From contig NC_045696.1 in assembly GCF_009834535.1 (NCBI RefSeq), positions 4,280,001 through 4,344,000 of the forward strand: a stretch of 64,000 nucleotides of DNA, written 5' to 3'. This document shows positions 25,585 to 36,559 of this stretch, one piece after another. The notes beneath the pieces are model-generated. The model saw only the letters and a program-made list of their open reading frames with translations, did not search any database and had not been told where the DNA came from. Within the stretch, counting starts at the first letter, position 1, and each line of letters starts with the position of its first letter. The translations under genes were made by a program, and so were the position numbers. This stretch comes from Camelus ferus. Taxonomy: Eukaryota.

Positions 25585-26698
25585 TACTTTTGATTGGCCT
25601 TATGGCCTCAGGCACGAGCTATGTAAACAGGCTAGCCTGTGCCTGCTGGTGCCGTTCATTCGTTTTTAATTTAACAGTATTCGCTCTCCGGGAACACCGT
25701 CCATCAGCCCTGGGCTACGTGTGTAAGGCACCTGTCAGGAACTGTGAGAGGTGAGGGGCGACCGCAAGCCCTGTGTTCAGAGCTCTGGAAGATTCCAGAT
25801 AGGAAGAGCCCTGGGTTTGCCGCGACCCCAGGACTTACCCACAGCAGCGCCACAACAGCGCCCCCACTCCACCAAGCGCCCGGCCCAGGACGTGAGTGGC
25901 CGGTAGTGAACCCCACAAGCTGAGTGGCCCTGGCCCGCGGCAGGATGAAAGGATGCTTGGCAGGTGGGCAATATCTTCGAAAGCCTGAGCTTTCCCAAGA
26001 ACAGCTGAGAAATGCGCAGGTGACAGGATCAAGACTAGAAAGAAAACAAAGCAGGGAAACCAGGAGGCGCCCCAGGGATGATTCCATTTGGAAACAAGGT
26101 GTGGCAGGAACCCGCTGTGCCCCAGTTCAGACCTCAAGACCTCACCTGTGCCTCGAGTTGCTTTTCGAGGGGGGTCTGGCCGGCTGCCCAGGCGTGCACC
26201 CCGACAGCGCGCGCTCCAGTACCTCCTGCGCCTCGCCACCCACACCCTGGCTTCCGTCCTCACCACCCGCAGTGCCTCCTCTGAGCCACTCCCACAGGGA
26301 CCACCTGCCTAGAGAACTGGGGCGGGGGCTCCCCTCCAAGGGGTGCCCCTGAGCGAGGTCTGTCAGGCTGCTCGGGGCACCCTGGGGTGAGCAGTCTGCC
26401 GCAGAGACGCCAGATACAAGCGCTCCCACCTGCTCCCCGCGCTCCCTGGCCTCACTCTCCATCCCTGGCTCAGTCTACCTTTGGGGTTGGACCCCCCAGT
26501 AAAGCAGGAGGCACACGATCTCCCCACCTGTCCCCTGCTTTTCAGGGAGCCCGGGTCCTATCAATGGTGCCCCACGGCCTCATCCACGGGGTCCTGGTCC
26601 AGGTAGGTGGAATCCCGGAACTTACAGCCACAAGCCCTTAGGGAGACTGCACTTCTGCTTGTAAGAGCAGGATGTCCCCAAACATCTCATTTAGCTTG

Positions 26699-27235
26699 TG
26701 TTGCAGACATGTGCAGTGGGTGGGGCTTAGCCCAGCTTAGAGATAAAACTGAAGGGGAGAGTAGTTAAAGGTCTCGATTAAATGTAACCGAGCAGGGCGA
26801 TGAAGACCTTCCCTCCCCCGTATCCTCTGCTGTGGCTCCTCTCGGGAGGACCCAGGTAACAGCATCTGGTATGTATTTCTGGAGTTCTTCAGATGCTAAA
26901 GCCACCAGCAAATGGAAGAGATTTACTCCTGGATGATCAGGAGTACGTGGTCCCCAGACTGCCTAAGGACTGGTGGTGCTGACGCCCTTACCTCCTCGTC
27001 AGCCACTCAGAGGCCTGTGCACGAGCTGATCACACACCCTGGGCCATCCCTCCTCCCACCGGGCTTTTAAAAGGCTTTGCTGAAACCCTTCAGGGGGGTT
27101 CAGAGGTTTGGGGCCTACAAGCCGCCCCTCCTTGCCTGGCCCTGCAATAGACCTTTCTCTGCTCCAAACTCCACCGTTTCTGTTTGCCTGGCCTCACTGT
27201 GCATCGGGCACACATAAAGCCTGCGTTGGGTGACG
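26699..27235 (+). mobile_element. ERV1-type solo LTR
   Basis: U3 ctggtatgtatttctggagtt, TATA-like ttttaaaagg, gctgaaacccttcaggg, ggccctgcaatagacctttctctgctccaaactc, 3' end ttgggtgacg (decayed taaca). 5' end uncertain. Confidence 0.75.
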
Positions 27236-27549
27236 TGAGACCCCAGAGCTTTAAACGGACTGCGGGACTGAAGGATGCTGCTCCCCAGGCAGTAACAGGA
27301 GGGAGGGCAGGTGCTGAGAAGTCCCATGGACCCCATGTGCTCTGAGTGGTCTCTGGGTCACAAGCATCAGCAGCCCTGTGTGTGTGTGCTGTGAGGGTGC
27401 ACAGGCTGTTCACCCTTGAATGTATTTAATAATCAGCAAGAAATGCAGATGCACAGCCCTGACGCAAGGAGATGGGAAGACGGTGGGAGGGCAGGGAGAA
27501 GCAGGGCTAGCCAGTAACACTTTCTCTGTGTTTCAGGGCCTCTGGCACA

Positions 27550-28130
27550 AGCCACTTAGCTTGGGCTTCTCCCAAAAGCAGACCCTGGCACCATCGCAAA
27601 CACACACATAATTTTTTTGGGGGGGGAACAATCCTGGGGGCTGCAAAGAGGGGAAAGCCACTCCACAGTGTGTTCTTTATTTTTATTTTTTGGGGGGCAA
27701 TCAGATATTTACTTGTTTATTTATCGGTACTGAGGATCGAACCCAGGACCTCGTGCATGCTAAGCACGCACTCTACCACTGAGCTCCACCCTCCCCACCA
27801 TGGTGTTTTCCTGAGTCGCTTCCCACCGTGGGCCTCTGGGCTCAGCCCTGCTGGGGAACAGGAAGGGATGTGATTGGCCACCAGCTCCCATCCCCACTCT
27901 CAAGGGTCGCCCAGGGTGTGTCTGCTCCCTTGCTCTCCCACTTGGCCAGGGGAGTGGGCTCCTGCAAAAGTTCAGTGTGACAGCAGCAGAGAAGTCCTGA
28001 GGCAGAGAGGGAGAGGTGGGCGGGGCACCAGGGGCAGGTGTTTCCAGCTCCTCGCCTTGACTGGTTGCCAGAGCAATGGCTGGAGCGAAAGGTGGGCTGA
28101 GTGGACATGAGGTGGTGCATAAGATGTCCA
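27550..28130 (-). mobile_element. LTR33-like ERVL LTR interrupted by SINE
   Basis: ttgggcttctcccaaaagcagaccctg ... ccaccgtgggcctctgggctcagccctgctggggaac ... ccaccagctcccatc. Confidence 0.6.
27673..27796 (-). mobile_element. tRNA-Ala-derived SINE (Vic-1-like)
   Basis: Minus strand reads ggggagggtggagctcagtggtagagtgcgtgcttagcatgcacgaggtcctgggttcgatcc. TSD ccaCAgtgt / ccaTGgtgt (CpG decay) at 27663 and 27798. Confidence 0.9.
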
Positions 28131-28134
28131 GCAC

Positions 28135-28420
28135 AACATCCAAAGGACAGGTCCTGTAAACAGCTGGACACACGTGCCTGGAGTTCAGAGGGGCACTTAG
28201 GCTGAGCTATAAAGGCAGGAGTCATCAGCGTACGGATGATATTCAGAACCACAGGTGGTCAACCCAGGCAAAGACTGGAGAGGAAAGGTGAGTGGGCCCA
28301 GGCTGAGCTCTGAGACGTCCCCATTCAGAGGGAGTCAGAGAAGGAGTAGAGTAGGGGGAAAATGGGTAAGTGGGTGTCGTGGAGCCCTAAGAAGTTAAAC
28401 AAGGACAGAAACATCGTCAA
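28135..28420 (-). mobile_element. L2 fragment
   Basis: cagctggacacacgtgcctggagttcagagggg..ggagtcatcagcgtacggatgatatt. Confidence 0.75.
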
Positions 28421-29699
28421 CAGGTCACTGGTGGGCTTGTCAGAACGGGCTTCAGTGCAGCAGCGGGAACTGTCCTGACTGGAGGGCACATGAGAGGCTG
28501 GAGATGCTTTTTAAGATGTCGGCTCTGAGAGGAGCAGACACTGAAGCAGGAAGGAGAGAACGGCTGGGCACCTGCTGTGAGGCTGAGTTGGAAAAGTGAA
28601 TCCCTACTGTGCGCCAGGAAGCTCGAGCCTGCTCCCACTTTACATGAATGTTCCCTTCGCCCCCATTACCTGTTGTTACCGGATTGAGGAAGGTGAGGTT
28701 TAGAAAGACTGTATTACTAGCCCGTGCTCAGATGGGCAAGGGGCAGAGAGGGGAGCTGAACCCAGGGCCGTGGGCTTTGAAGTCTATTTCTTTCTGTGGC
28801 CACACTGTCACAGAAGGAGCAGGAGGCTGGGTGCCACACACAGGGAGCAGCAGGCGCAGACGGATAAGGGGTGGGAGTCCATCCTCTGGGCGGAGTTCCT
28901 TTTTGGGGGACTTGGGTTCTGGAGGCTTGCCGTACCGGGCCAGGCTGGTTTCCAGAATGACAACTGCTAACCTAGTTTTCTGCCGGTGACGGCTCTCTGC
29001 TGGGGCTGGCAGGCATGACACCACTGACGCCTTTGGGACAGAGTGCGAAGGAAAGCCAGGAGCTGGCATTCCATGAGCTGCTCTCAGAACCGCTTCTCCA
29101 CGTCCCCCCATCCTCCCACTCCCCTAGTTTTTGCGGACGACCTAAGAGCTCAGGCTCCGGGGCTCTCCTGTGAAAATAAGCTTAACGGGTAAGTCTGTGA
29201 AAGGTTTCCACTCGCCTACCTTTTCTACCACAAATGCTCCCAGGAGAGTGCTGGGTGAGTGTAATTAGTCCAACCAATGGCAAGTGGCAGTACTGGAGTG
29301 AACAGAGATTGAGGAGGATGATGTCCAAAAGAGATCTTCCATTAGGGACGTAACTGCCTGGAGAACCTCGTCTGTATCTTGATTAAAGCCTTGAAAACAG
29401 AACAAGAATTTAGTTCCGCGTTCAGAGCAGCTTTCTGCATTTTGAACAGCTCTTCCCAGCGATGACCTCTAAGTGACCAGCAGATGTCAGTGTGCTGTAG
29501 GTCCAGCGAGACCCTCCATCTCAGCAGGGAGATCTACTCTCGGAGGCTTGCTCACAGATGTCCAAGGCCCCAAGCATAAAGGACGTCTAGACCTGCAGAA
29601 TCATGACGTCTTGTCTTCTCGACTTTGCCCGAGTGTGAGCAACTGCTGGAGGAAAGTACCTTCTTAGTTCAAAGAAAATGCAGGAGATCTTCTAAGAAC

Positions 29700-29990
29700 T
29701 GAAAAAACAGAAAGCAATCATTACTTACATTAACCTCATACAAAGGTCTTAAGGTAAATATAGGTTAAAAAGAAGGCAAAGAAATCTATTAAGATAAATG
29801 GCATTCTAGAACATTCTAGAAACATGTTTGTGGCTATAAATGGTGTCCACAGCATATTGTTGATATTTTTAAGAAACAGGCTAAATTTGTAGGTGCAACA
29901 ATCTTTTAATACATTGTACATTCTGTATATTATAATTTTTAAAATTAAGTAAAAATATTTTCTTTTGTACAAAAATAAAAAAGTTCTGAA
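29700..29990 (+). mobile_element. Ancient L1 (L1ME/MC-like) 3' relic
   Basis: AT-rich, A-biased block; atggtgtccacagcatattgttga..aaacaggct. Highly diverged. Confidence 0.45.
29803..29822. promoter_or_regulatory. Perfect four-unit heat-shock element (HSF motif)
   Basis: aTTCtaGAAcaTTCtaGAAa = nTTCnnGAAnnTTCnnGAAn. Motif match only; function untested. Confidence 0.5.
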
Positions 29991-30304
29991 AGAAACAAAC
30001 TGTGTGGCTTCTGTCACACAAAGCTACACACCTGGAAGCACTTTTACACTGTCTTTGTGGCCACGGAAGTTGCAGGATGGTCATTCTCGGTGGACCTCTG
30101 TGGAGCTAGATAGGGGGTAGGCCAGCTGCTCCCTTGGTACCTTGTCCCATATTTCTTGAACTTAGATTTTTCTAGCCCAGCACAAGAAGGAGCAAATGCT
30201 TGAGAAAGGTGAGTTGAGTAAAAAGATGAATAAGATTTAATCATTGCCTTATAGGGATGTATACCTAGTGGGGGAAAAATACACACAGAACCAATCCCAG
30301 TAAG

Positions 30305-30726
30305 TGTGGTTGATGCTGTTCCTCCTCCTGGGGTGCTCTGTTCCCTCTCCTTCCTTACTCAACCAACTGACGCTTATACACCAGCACCTCCAGGAAAACT
30401 TCCTAAGCCCCTCGCTTTTCCTGAGGGTGGCGGTCCCTCTTGTACCTGCTTCTCTGTCCGAGGGGCCAAGGCACAGGACTGACTGAACATGCCAGGGGGG
30501 TGGCATGTCCAGAGCTGCCCTCATCAGTGGCCCGGGGCAGGTACCACGCTGTCTCCCAGACCTCCCCAGTGGGTGGGTCCAGGTGTTGCCATGGCAACTC
30601 TCTGCCATGCATTAGCTCCCTCCCGTCTGTGTCTCTCTCCCCACCACCCCCAGCACGTCTTGGGATCACCTCCCAAATAAATCCTTTTCTCAACACTTGC
30701 CTCTGAGGGAATCAAGCCTGGGGACA
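30305..30726 (+). mobile_element. LTR16-like ERVL LTR
   Basis: 3' end tgggatcacctcccaaataaatcctt..ctctgagggaatcaagcctgggaca. Confidence 0.7.
30585..30598. promoter_or_regulatory. Perfect palindromic RFX X-box
   Basis: GTTGCCATGGCAAC, 14/14 palindrome. Motif match only. Confidence 0.55.
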
Positions 30727-31574
30727 GGGAACAATCCCCATCCCAGCGCATATAAGACAGGGTTAGATTCTCCCATTTTCCGGTCTGTGTCCCTCCCAGC
30801 CTGTGAGCCCCACGAGGACAGGGGTCATCTCTGTCTCTGGACCATAATGTCCTCTCAGTAAGTCTTTACTGCCCCTTGAGTCTCCTCAGAACTCATGGTA
30901 GATACAATTAACAGCTTTAAAGAAGGAAGGCTTTCCCACCTACAGCCAAGCAGAGACCTGTGCCCAAGCCGATCGGGTGCCTTGTGACCCGACCTTATAA
31001 AAGACCCCAACAACCGGCCCTGGGCGCTCACGCAGGCGCCCCTCGCCTGTGCGGCCCGCTGCTGTCTGTAGCAGTGTGCCCTAGTCAACTCCTTTCTAGT
31101 CCCATTAAAAAAAAGGGGGGACCTTTCTCTTCCCAGACATTTCTACATTTCTTTGTCTAATCGATTGGAGAATAGTTTTGTTCAAAATTTACTTCTGAGC
31201 AAATGAAGCCCAGAAATCCTATTTCATTTCAAGCTGTGACCGATTTTCCTTTTTCGTTATCCATCACATCCCAGATCCTCTCTCCTCTGGGTTTGAAAAC
31301 CAACTCCACCACGTATCCTGTAGGAGCTGGCTTGTTCCCACCATGTCTGTGCAACGGCTGCTCCTCATCTGCAACGCTCCCCCTCTTCATTCCTCCTTCC
31401 CTGGGATGGCTCCTACTCATCCTTCCAGACTCCGAGCACATCACTTTCTCTGAGAAGATCTCCTCCATCCACAGGTGGATGTCCCTCCACTGTTTCCGCA
31501 TACGTTGGCTGTGTCTGCTGTGGTACTAACAACACTCCACATAAATGGTTACAGAGGAGACCACCACAGCCTAA

Positions 31575-31835
31575 CGGCTCAGGATACAGACCCTGGAGCC
31601 AGCCTGCCAAGGCCTCCTCTCAGCTCCATCGCCCACCACCTGCGTGACTGGGGCAGTTACTCACCCTTCCCTGGCCGCAGTCTCTCTATTAAAAAAATGA
31701 AGACAATACTAGTGCCTGCCTCACAGGGCAGTTGTGGGCTGTTGTGGGGATTAAGTCAAAGACACAACACACTGGAAACACGCAGTGTAGTGTCGGGCAC
31801 ATATAAAGCTCTCAGTGCGTACTGGCTGTTACGTT
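31575..31835 (+). mobile_element. MIR
   Basis: ctggagccagcctgcc..ctgcgtgactggggcagttactcacc..aatactagtgcctgcctcacaggg..ggattaa. Confidence 0.8.
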
Positions 31836-31894
31836 ACGACTTCATACTGTAGGAGGAGGCGTTACGGCCTGTGTGTGTGTGTGTGTGGATGGGG

Positions 31895-32943
31895 TGCTAC
31901 GATTCGGCACGCAGTTCCAGTTGTGCTTTTCCGACACCACCGAGCAATTCTGCGACGCCAGCTGGGTGTGCTACGAGGCAACCCCGTTCTGACACTGTCT
32001 GCCTGGGGAAGAGCGTCGGATCCCGCGGATGGAGGGCTCAGTCCTACAAGACTGCCCCCAACTTCAGATGTCACTCGCGAGTCCAGGTTGTCGCCCGTGC
32101 TTCTGACTGGCTATAGACCAGAAGTTCCCAAGACCCCCTTCTTGGGGTCAATTAATTTGCTAGGGCGACTCACAGAACTCAGGAAGCCAGTTTCCTCACT
32201 AGATTACCAGTTTATTACAAAGGTTATCAAAGGATGTAGATCAATAGCCAGATGAAGAGGTATGTAGGGCCAGTTCCGGAATAAAGGAGCTTCTGTCCCC
32301 GTGGAGTCTGGGGCTTGGAACCACAACAGGTGAAACCGGTCTGGTTCACCAACCTGGAAGCTCCCCAAACCCCACCCTTTGGATTTTAATGGAGGCTTCA
32401 TTATATAAGCATGACTGAGTAAGTCACTAGCTAATGGTGATTAATTCAACCTCCAGCCCCTCTTCTCTCCCAGGAAATCGGGGGTGGGGCTCGATTCATG
32501 GTTGGTTTCCCTGGCGATGAATCCCCATCCTTAAGTGCTTTCCAAAAGTCATGGCATGAACGCAAGCTCGGGTGTTGGGGAAAGAGGCTTGTTATGAATA
32601 GTGAGATACTCTTTTCATCCATGAGGCTCTGAAGTGATTTCAGGAACTAAGGACAAAAGACCAAATATCAGAACAAGAGATGCTCTCATTGCTCTTATGC
32701 TCAGGAAATTCTAAGGGTTTTGGGACCTGGGAACATTGGATAGGGACCAAAATGTATACAGTTGGCCCTCTGGCCCTCCCTATCCACAGATGCAGAACCT
32801 GTGTGTATGGAAGGATGATTGTTCTATGCCATTTTATAAAAAGACTTAGGCACCCATGGATTTAGTATCGCAGGGGTTCCTGGGACTAATTCCCCTGTGG
32901 ATACCAAGGGATGATTGCATTTATAATAGATCACAACATCGCA
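31895..32943 (-). mobile_element. MER21-like LTR with nested Tigger MITE
   Basis: agcaattct..gccagctgggtgt..ttctgacactgtct..gggctcagtcctacaagactgcccc..ggtcaattaatttgctag..actcacagaactcagg; caggaaattctaagggtttt; ends atcacaacatcgca. Confidence 0.85.
32759..32917. mobile_element. MER2/MER8-like Tigger (TcMar) MITE
   Basis: TA|cagttggccct ... ggataccaagggatgattg|CA: decayed TIRs and TA target site. Confidence 0.7.
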
Positions 32944-34261
32944 GGTGCATTTCTATGGAAAGCTCCTTTTAATTCGAGGACTTGGTTATGGAGGGTCCTG
33001 ACTAGCTAGATATGGAACAAAGCGAGAACCTTCAAAAGATAAAGTGCTAACGAGAGGCAGGAAAAGCACCCAGAGTGTCCATGCTGACTGGGGGACAGGG
33101 TTGGGGAGGAGCTGCCGCACCCTCTTAACACCTGGCGAAGAGGAGGAGATAGTTATGATGAGATGGATCTGAGAGTCGAGCCTTTCCCTGCGTCTGAAGA
33201 AATAATTCTTCTCCAGCATCCGTCATCCTCAGTTCCCTGGAGTCAGAAGGTTGTGGACCTTTAATGCAAAAGTCCTAGAATAGCTGACTACATTCGTGGG
33301 AATGGAAACTTGTCTAGATGCTCTGTGTTTTACAGATAGATTTGAGTAACTTGAATACACTCACACTGAGATGGGATTCAAACCCAGGCCTTTCTGACCC
33401 TGAGAGCTCAGGACATGAACCTCCATGTAGTTTTGCCTTAGTAGAGGACCAAGCCCACAGAAGCATCTTGGGGACAATGCTCGGCATCACCCAGCTTTGC
33501 CTGATTTACTGAATGAACCGGTGGGTCCTTGCCTGGATCCCTGAGTCCTTACAATGAGGGATAACCTACTTGTCTATTTCATTTCTCAATTTCTCCCCTG
33601 CCCCTTGGAAGTAAAACCCAGCTCTGTTAAAATGAAAAGAACTAATTTGTCCACATCATTGTGCCTCTGCTCCTTCTGAAACCCCGCTTTTGGGAACCAC
33701 TCTTCTGCCGAGAGCCAAAACACTCAGCCCAGCAAGGGAATGAAGGGAAAGAGGTGTTGGGGCCCTTTTCGGCCTCACCTCTCTGCCAAGACTAGCTGGT
33801 GGCTTATCGCTGAAAGCCAGGCCCGGACCACAGTTCCCTGTGAAGGGTTGTCCCTTTCTTCGAGGCAGCAGCGTTGAGTGCTCTCCCCTGCAATCCGTGG
33901 GTGGCGTGAGCTGTGCGCCCGCACCTGGCAGCCCCCCCTCACGATGCTTCATTTAAGTCTCCGTCCCTGGGCTAGAAATTAGTCTGCCTTTGCCCACGCT
34001 TACTCTGTTCCCAGCCTCAGTGTGATGACACACAGCTCTCTCTGTTCCAGGACAAGTAATTCAAGACTCACACTCTGGTTGCCATTTGATTGTAATTACA
34101 TAATCACATCTGTGTGCACCGCGTGAATTTTAAAGTGAGGAGGTAAATACCAGCCTGCAGACACTCAAGACTGGAACCTTGGCCAAGACAGGTGTGCTTC
34201 TGCTCATCCGCAAGAAGCTGACATCAGCCCAGATGTTCAGTGATCATGAGATACTTATGCA

Positions 34262-34730
34262 CGTGAATGAAAAATATTGCAGCCATATCAGTACACAAAG
34301 GATGCTGTGGCCTTCAAGTCATTAGCCACTACTGCTGTCCCCTGGCAGTGAGGGGAGGGAACTCAGGATGCAGACTAGCAGGCAGCCTGGCCTCTGCTGC
34401 CACCCGCAGTGGTGCCCTGGCAGCTAAGGTGCACATAAAAGGAGTGATTTCAGTGAGCCCAGGCTTTTGCACCTTCCCACGCATAGAAAAGCGTTAAATG
34501 CCTTAACTTGAGATATCTGGTTTTCTTTAATTAATAGTAATATTTTAATGTTCTGACTACCTGGTCTTTGTTGCAAAAAACTCCCATATCCCCTGGCTTC
34601 TCTCCTGCCTCTTTGCAGCAGTCCCTCAGAGCGATCTGAAAGGCTGCCCCCCGGGCTCGATTCTTCAGAAAGTCCACTGAATAAAATGTAACTCTCAACT
34701 TACAGTTTGTGCATTTTATTTCAGTCAACA
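34262..34730 (+). mobile_element. ERV1-type solo LTR, family A copy 2
   Basis: (c)gtgaatgaaaaatattgc ... AATAAA at 34680 ... tcagtcaaca. Reverse-complement homolog of 19249-19725. TSD not clean. Confidence 0.9.
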
Positions 34731-35479
34731 GACATAAGAGTCAAACTTCACTTGGAAAAACTAAGGAAGATCGTCTGGTCTGTTGGAAGCTGATCTTTTC
34801 TGACATCCCTGAAAATACGAGAGAAAGGAGGAAGAGCCTGGACTGCTTCCTGATCAAGTCACACAGACAAAATGAGTGCTCGCTGGGGCTGTGGCTTTAG
34901 GAAACTTGTCATGTGCCTGGATTGTGGGAGGCAATTTTAATACTCCCGTGTGCTTGACTTTTAAATGTCTCGCTGAAGATTTTATTAAGGGCATCTTCTG
35001 GGGACACATACTAATTCAGCACTTGCTCTAGCAACCGATGCCGGCCGGATCCTTCCTGGCCCTATTTCCGGCTAGAATGAAAAGCAAACAGAGTTATTCC
35101 TAAGATAATCGGCTCTGCTCTATTTATGCTAATTTCCTGTTAGCATTTAAAATCAATTCCTTATTTTGACTTGGAATTAAATGGCGGATAGCTACCCCCC
35201 ACAACGGGCGGAGGCACTGCGCAGCGCATTTGGACAACTGATGGGCTCGTCACCAAATTTAACCTGAAAAATGATTGGTCACACGTGTGCTCTTTGAACG
35301 ATTTATATCCCAAGTTTGAAAAAAAGCAAGAGACTTGTCTCAGATGGATGATTCAAATGTGTGTTTCCTTTACTCATTTGGACGGTCACCTCCGCACTCC
35401 CTCCTGGAGGATGCTCCTCACGGCTGGCCCTCAACCGCCCCGTCTAGCGTGAGCTCCCAGGGAGACAGTTGCCCTTGGC

Positions 35480-35585
35480 TCATTAATTCATTCTTTCAGC
35501 AAATATTAAGCATCTATTGTATGCCAGGCTGTGTTCGAGACACTGAACAAATTTCCCGACCTCAGAAAGCCTCCGTTTGAGTGGT
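35480..35585 (-). mobile_element. L2 3' terminus
   Basis: cattaattcattctttcagcaaatattaagcatctattgtatgccaggc. Confidence 0.75.
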
Positions 35586-35803
35586 TCCATTTTTATGAGA
35601 ATAGAGAGGTTCTCAGCAGCACCTCATCAAGGCCAGGATACGTCCCTGCCCCATCTGCCCTGGGTGGGGTTCCCTTCGGTCCTTCTGGTGCCGAGAACAC
35701 CACACACTCACCTGTGTCTTGAACACCATTCCCAACACCACCATCCTGAAACTCATGCTTCTGCTTTGCATCAACACACTCACAGGGTTGGGTGAGTCAC
35801 ACT

Positions 35804-36308
35804 TGTCAACCGAAATAAAATGCACAACTTATAAATCGAGACTTATATTTTCTTCAGTGGACTTTCTGAGGACTTGAGCCTGGGCACAGCCTCTCAGATC
35901 GTTCTAAGATACTGTTCTGTGGAGGCAAGGGAGGAGCCAGGATATACAGGAGTATTTTGCAACCAGGACCAGGTAGTCAGAACATTGAAATATGACATGA
36001 CTTAAAGAAAACCAGACATCTCAGGTTAAGGCATTTAGTGATTTCCTATGTGTGGGAAGGCACAAAGGTCTGGGCTCACTGAAATCATTCCTTTATATGC
36101 ATCTGGCTGTCTAGGGCCGGTGTCCTTTTCTTCCACATTCTGAGTCCCTTCAGGGGCATGGCTGGGGGAAGCTGCAGAGGCCGGGCTGCCTGCTTGTCTG
36201 CATCCTGAGTTCCTTCCACTCACTGTCAGGGGCAGGCAGTAGCAGCTGATGACTTGATGGCCACAGCATCCTTTGTTACTGATTTGGCTGCAATATTTTC
36301 CATCCACA
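35804..36308 (-). mobile_element. ERV1-type solo LTR, family A copy 3
   Basis: tgtcaaccgaaataaaatgcacaac ... gcaatattttccatccaca. Homologous to copies 1 and 2; polyA signal mutated (tttctt). Confidence 0.9.
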
Positions 36309-36559
36309 CAGCCATCACTGCATGCATCGTAACTGTGTGCACACGTTTGCAAGCCCATGCTCTCACTCTGCTGTGCGTTCATCCTTGGGTTCGTTTCTTT
36401 TTTGTCCTCACGCTCTACTTCCATGCACACACTCTCAGTAGGCCAGAGTCTTATAGTAACGAGCTGAAAGGGTTTCTTTCCATTTGAAGTTCATCTTTTA
36501 AAAAGGTATGCTCTTCTTTTATGGGGACGTATTTTAATTTTATGTAAATGATGAAGAAG

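Noticed and set aside
27725..27796. Possible tRNA-Ala(AGC) gene
   Set aside because: Has a SINE tail, polyA and TSD, a disrupted acceptor stem, and three sibling copies in the window.
19249..36308. Same-orientation family A LTRs (19249 and 35804) as the two ends of one provirus
   Set aside because: The 19249 copy has its own perfect TSD, and the 16 kb between them contains ancient MIR/L2/MLT repeats and no gag/pol/env.
34258..36312. Past inversion between the inverted LTRs, suggested by imperfect TSDs
   Set aside because: Flanks (TGCA/GACA and CACT/CAGC) do not show the swapped reverse-complement pattern an inversion would leave.
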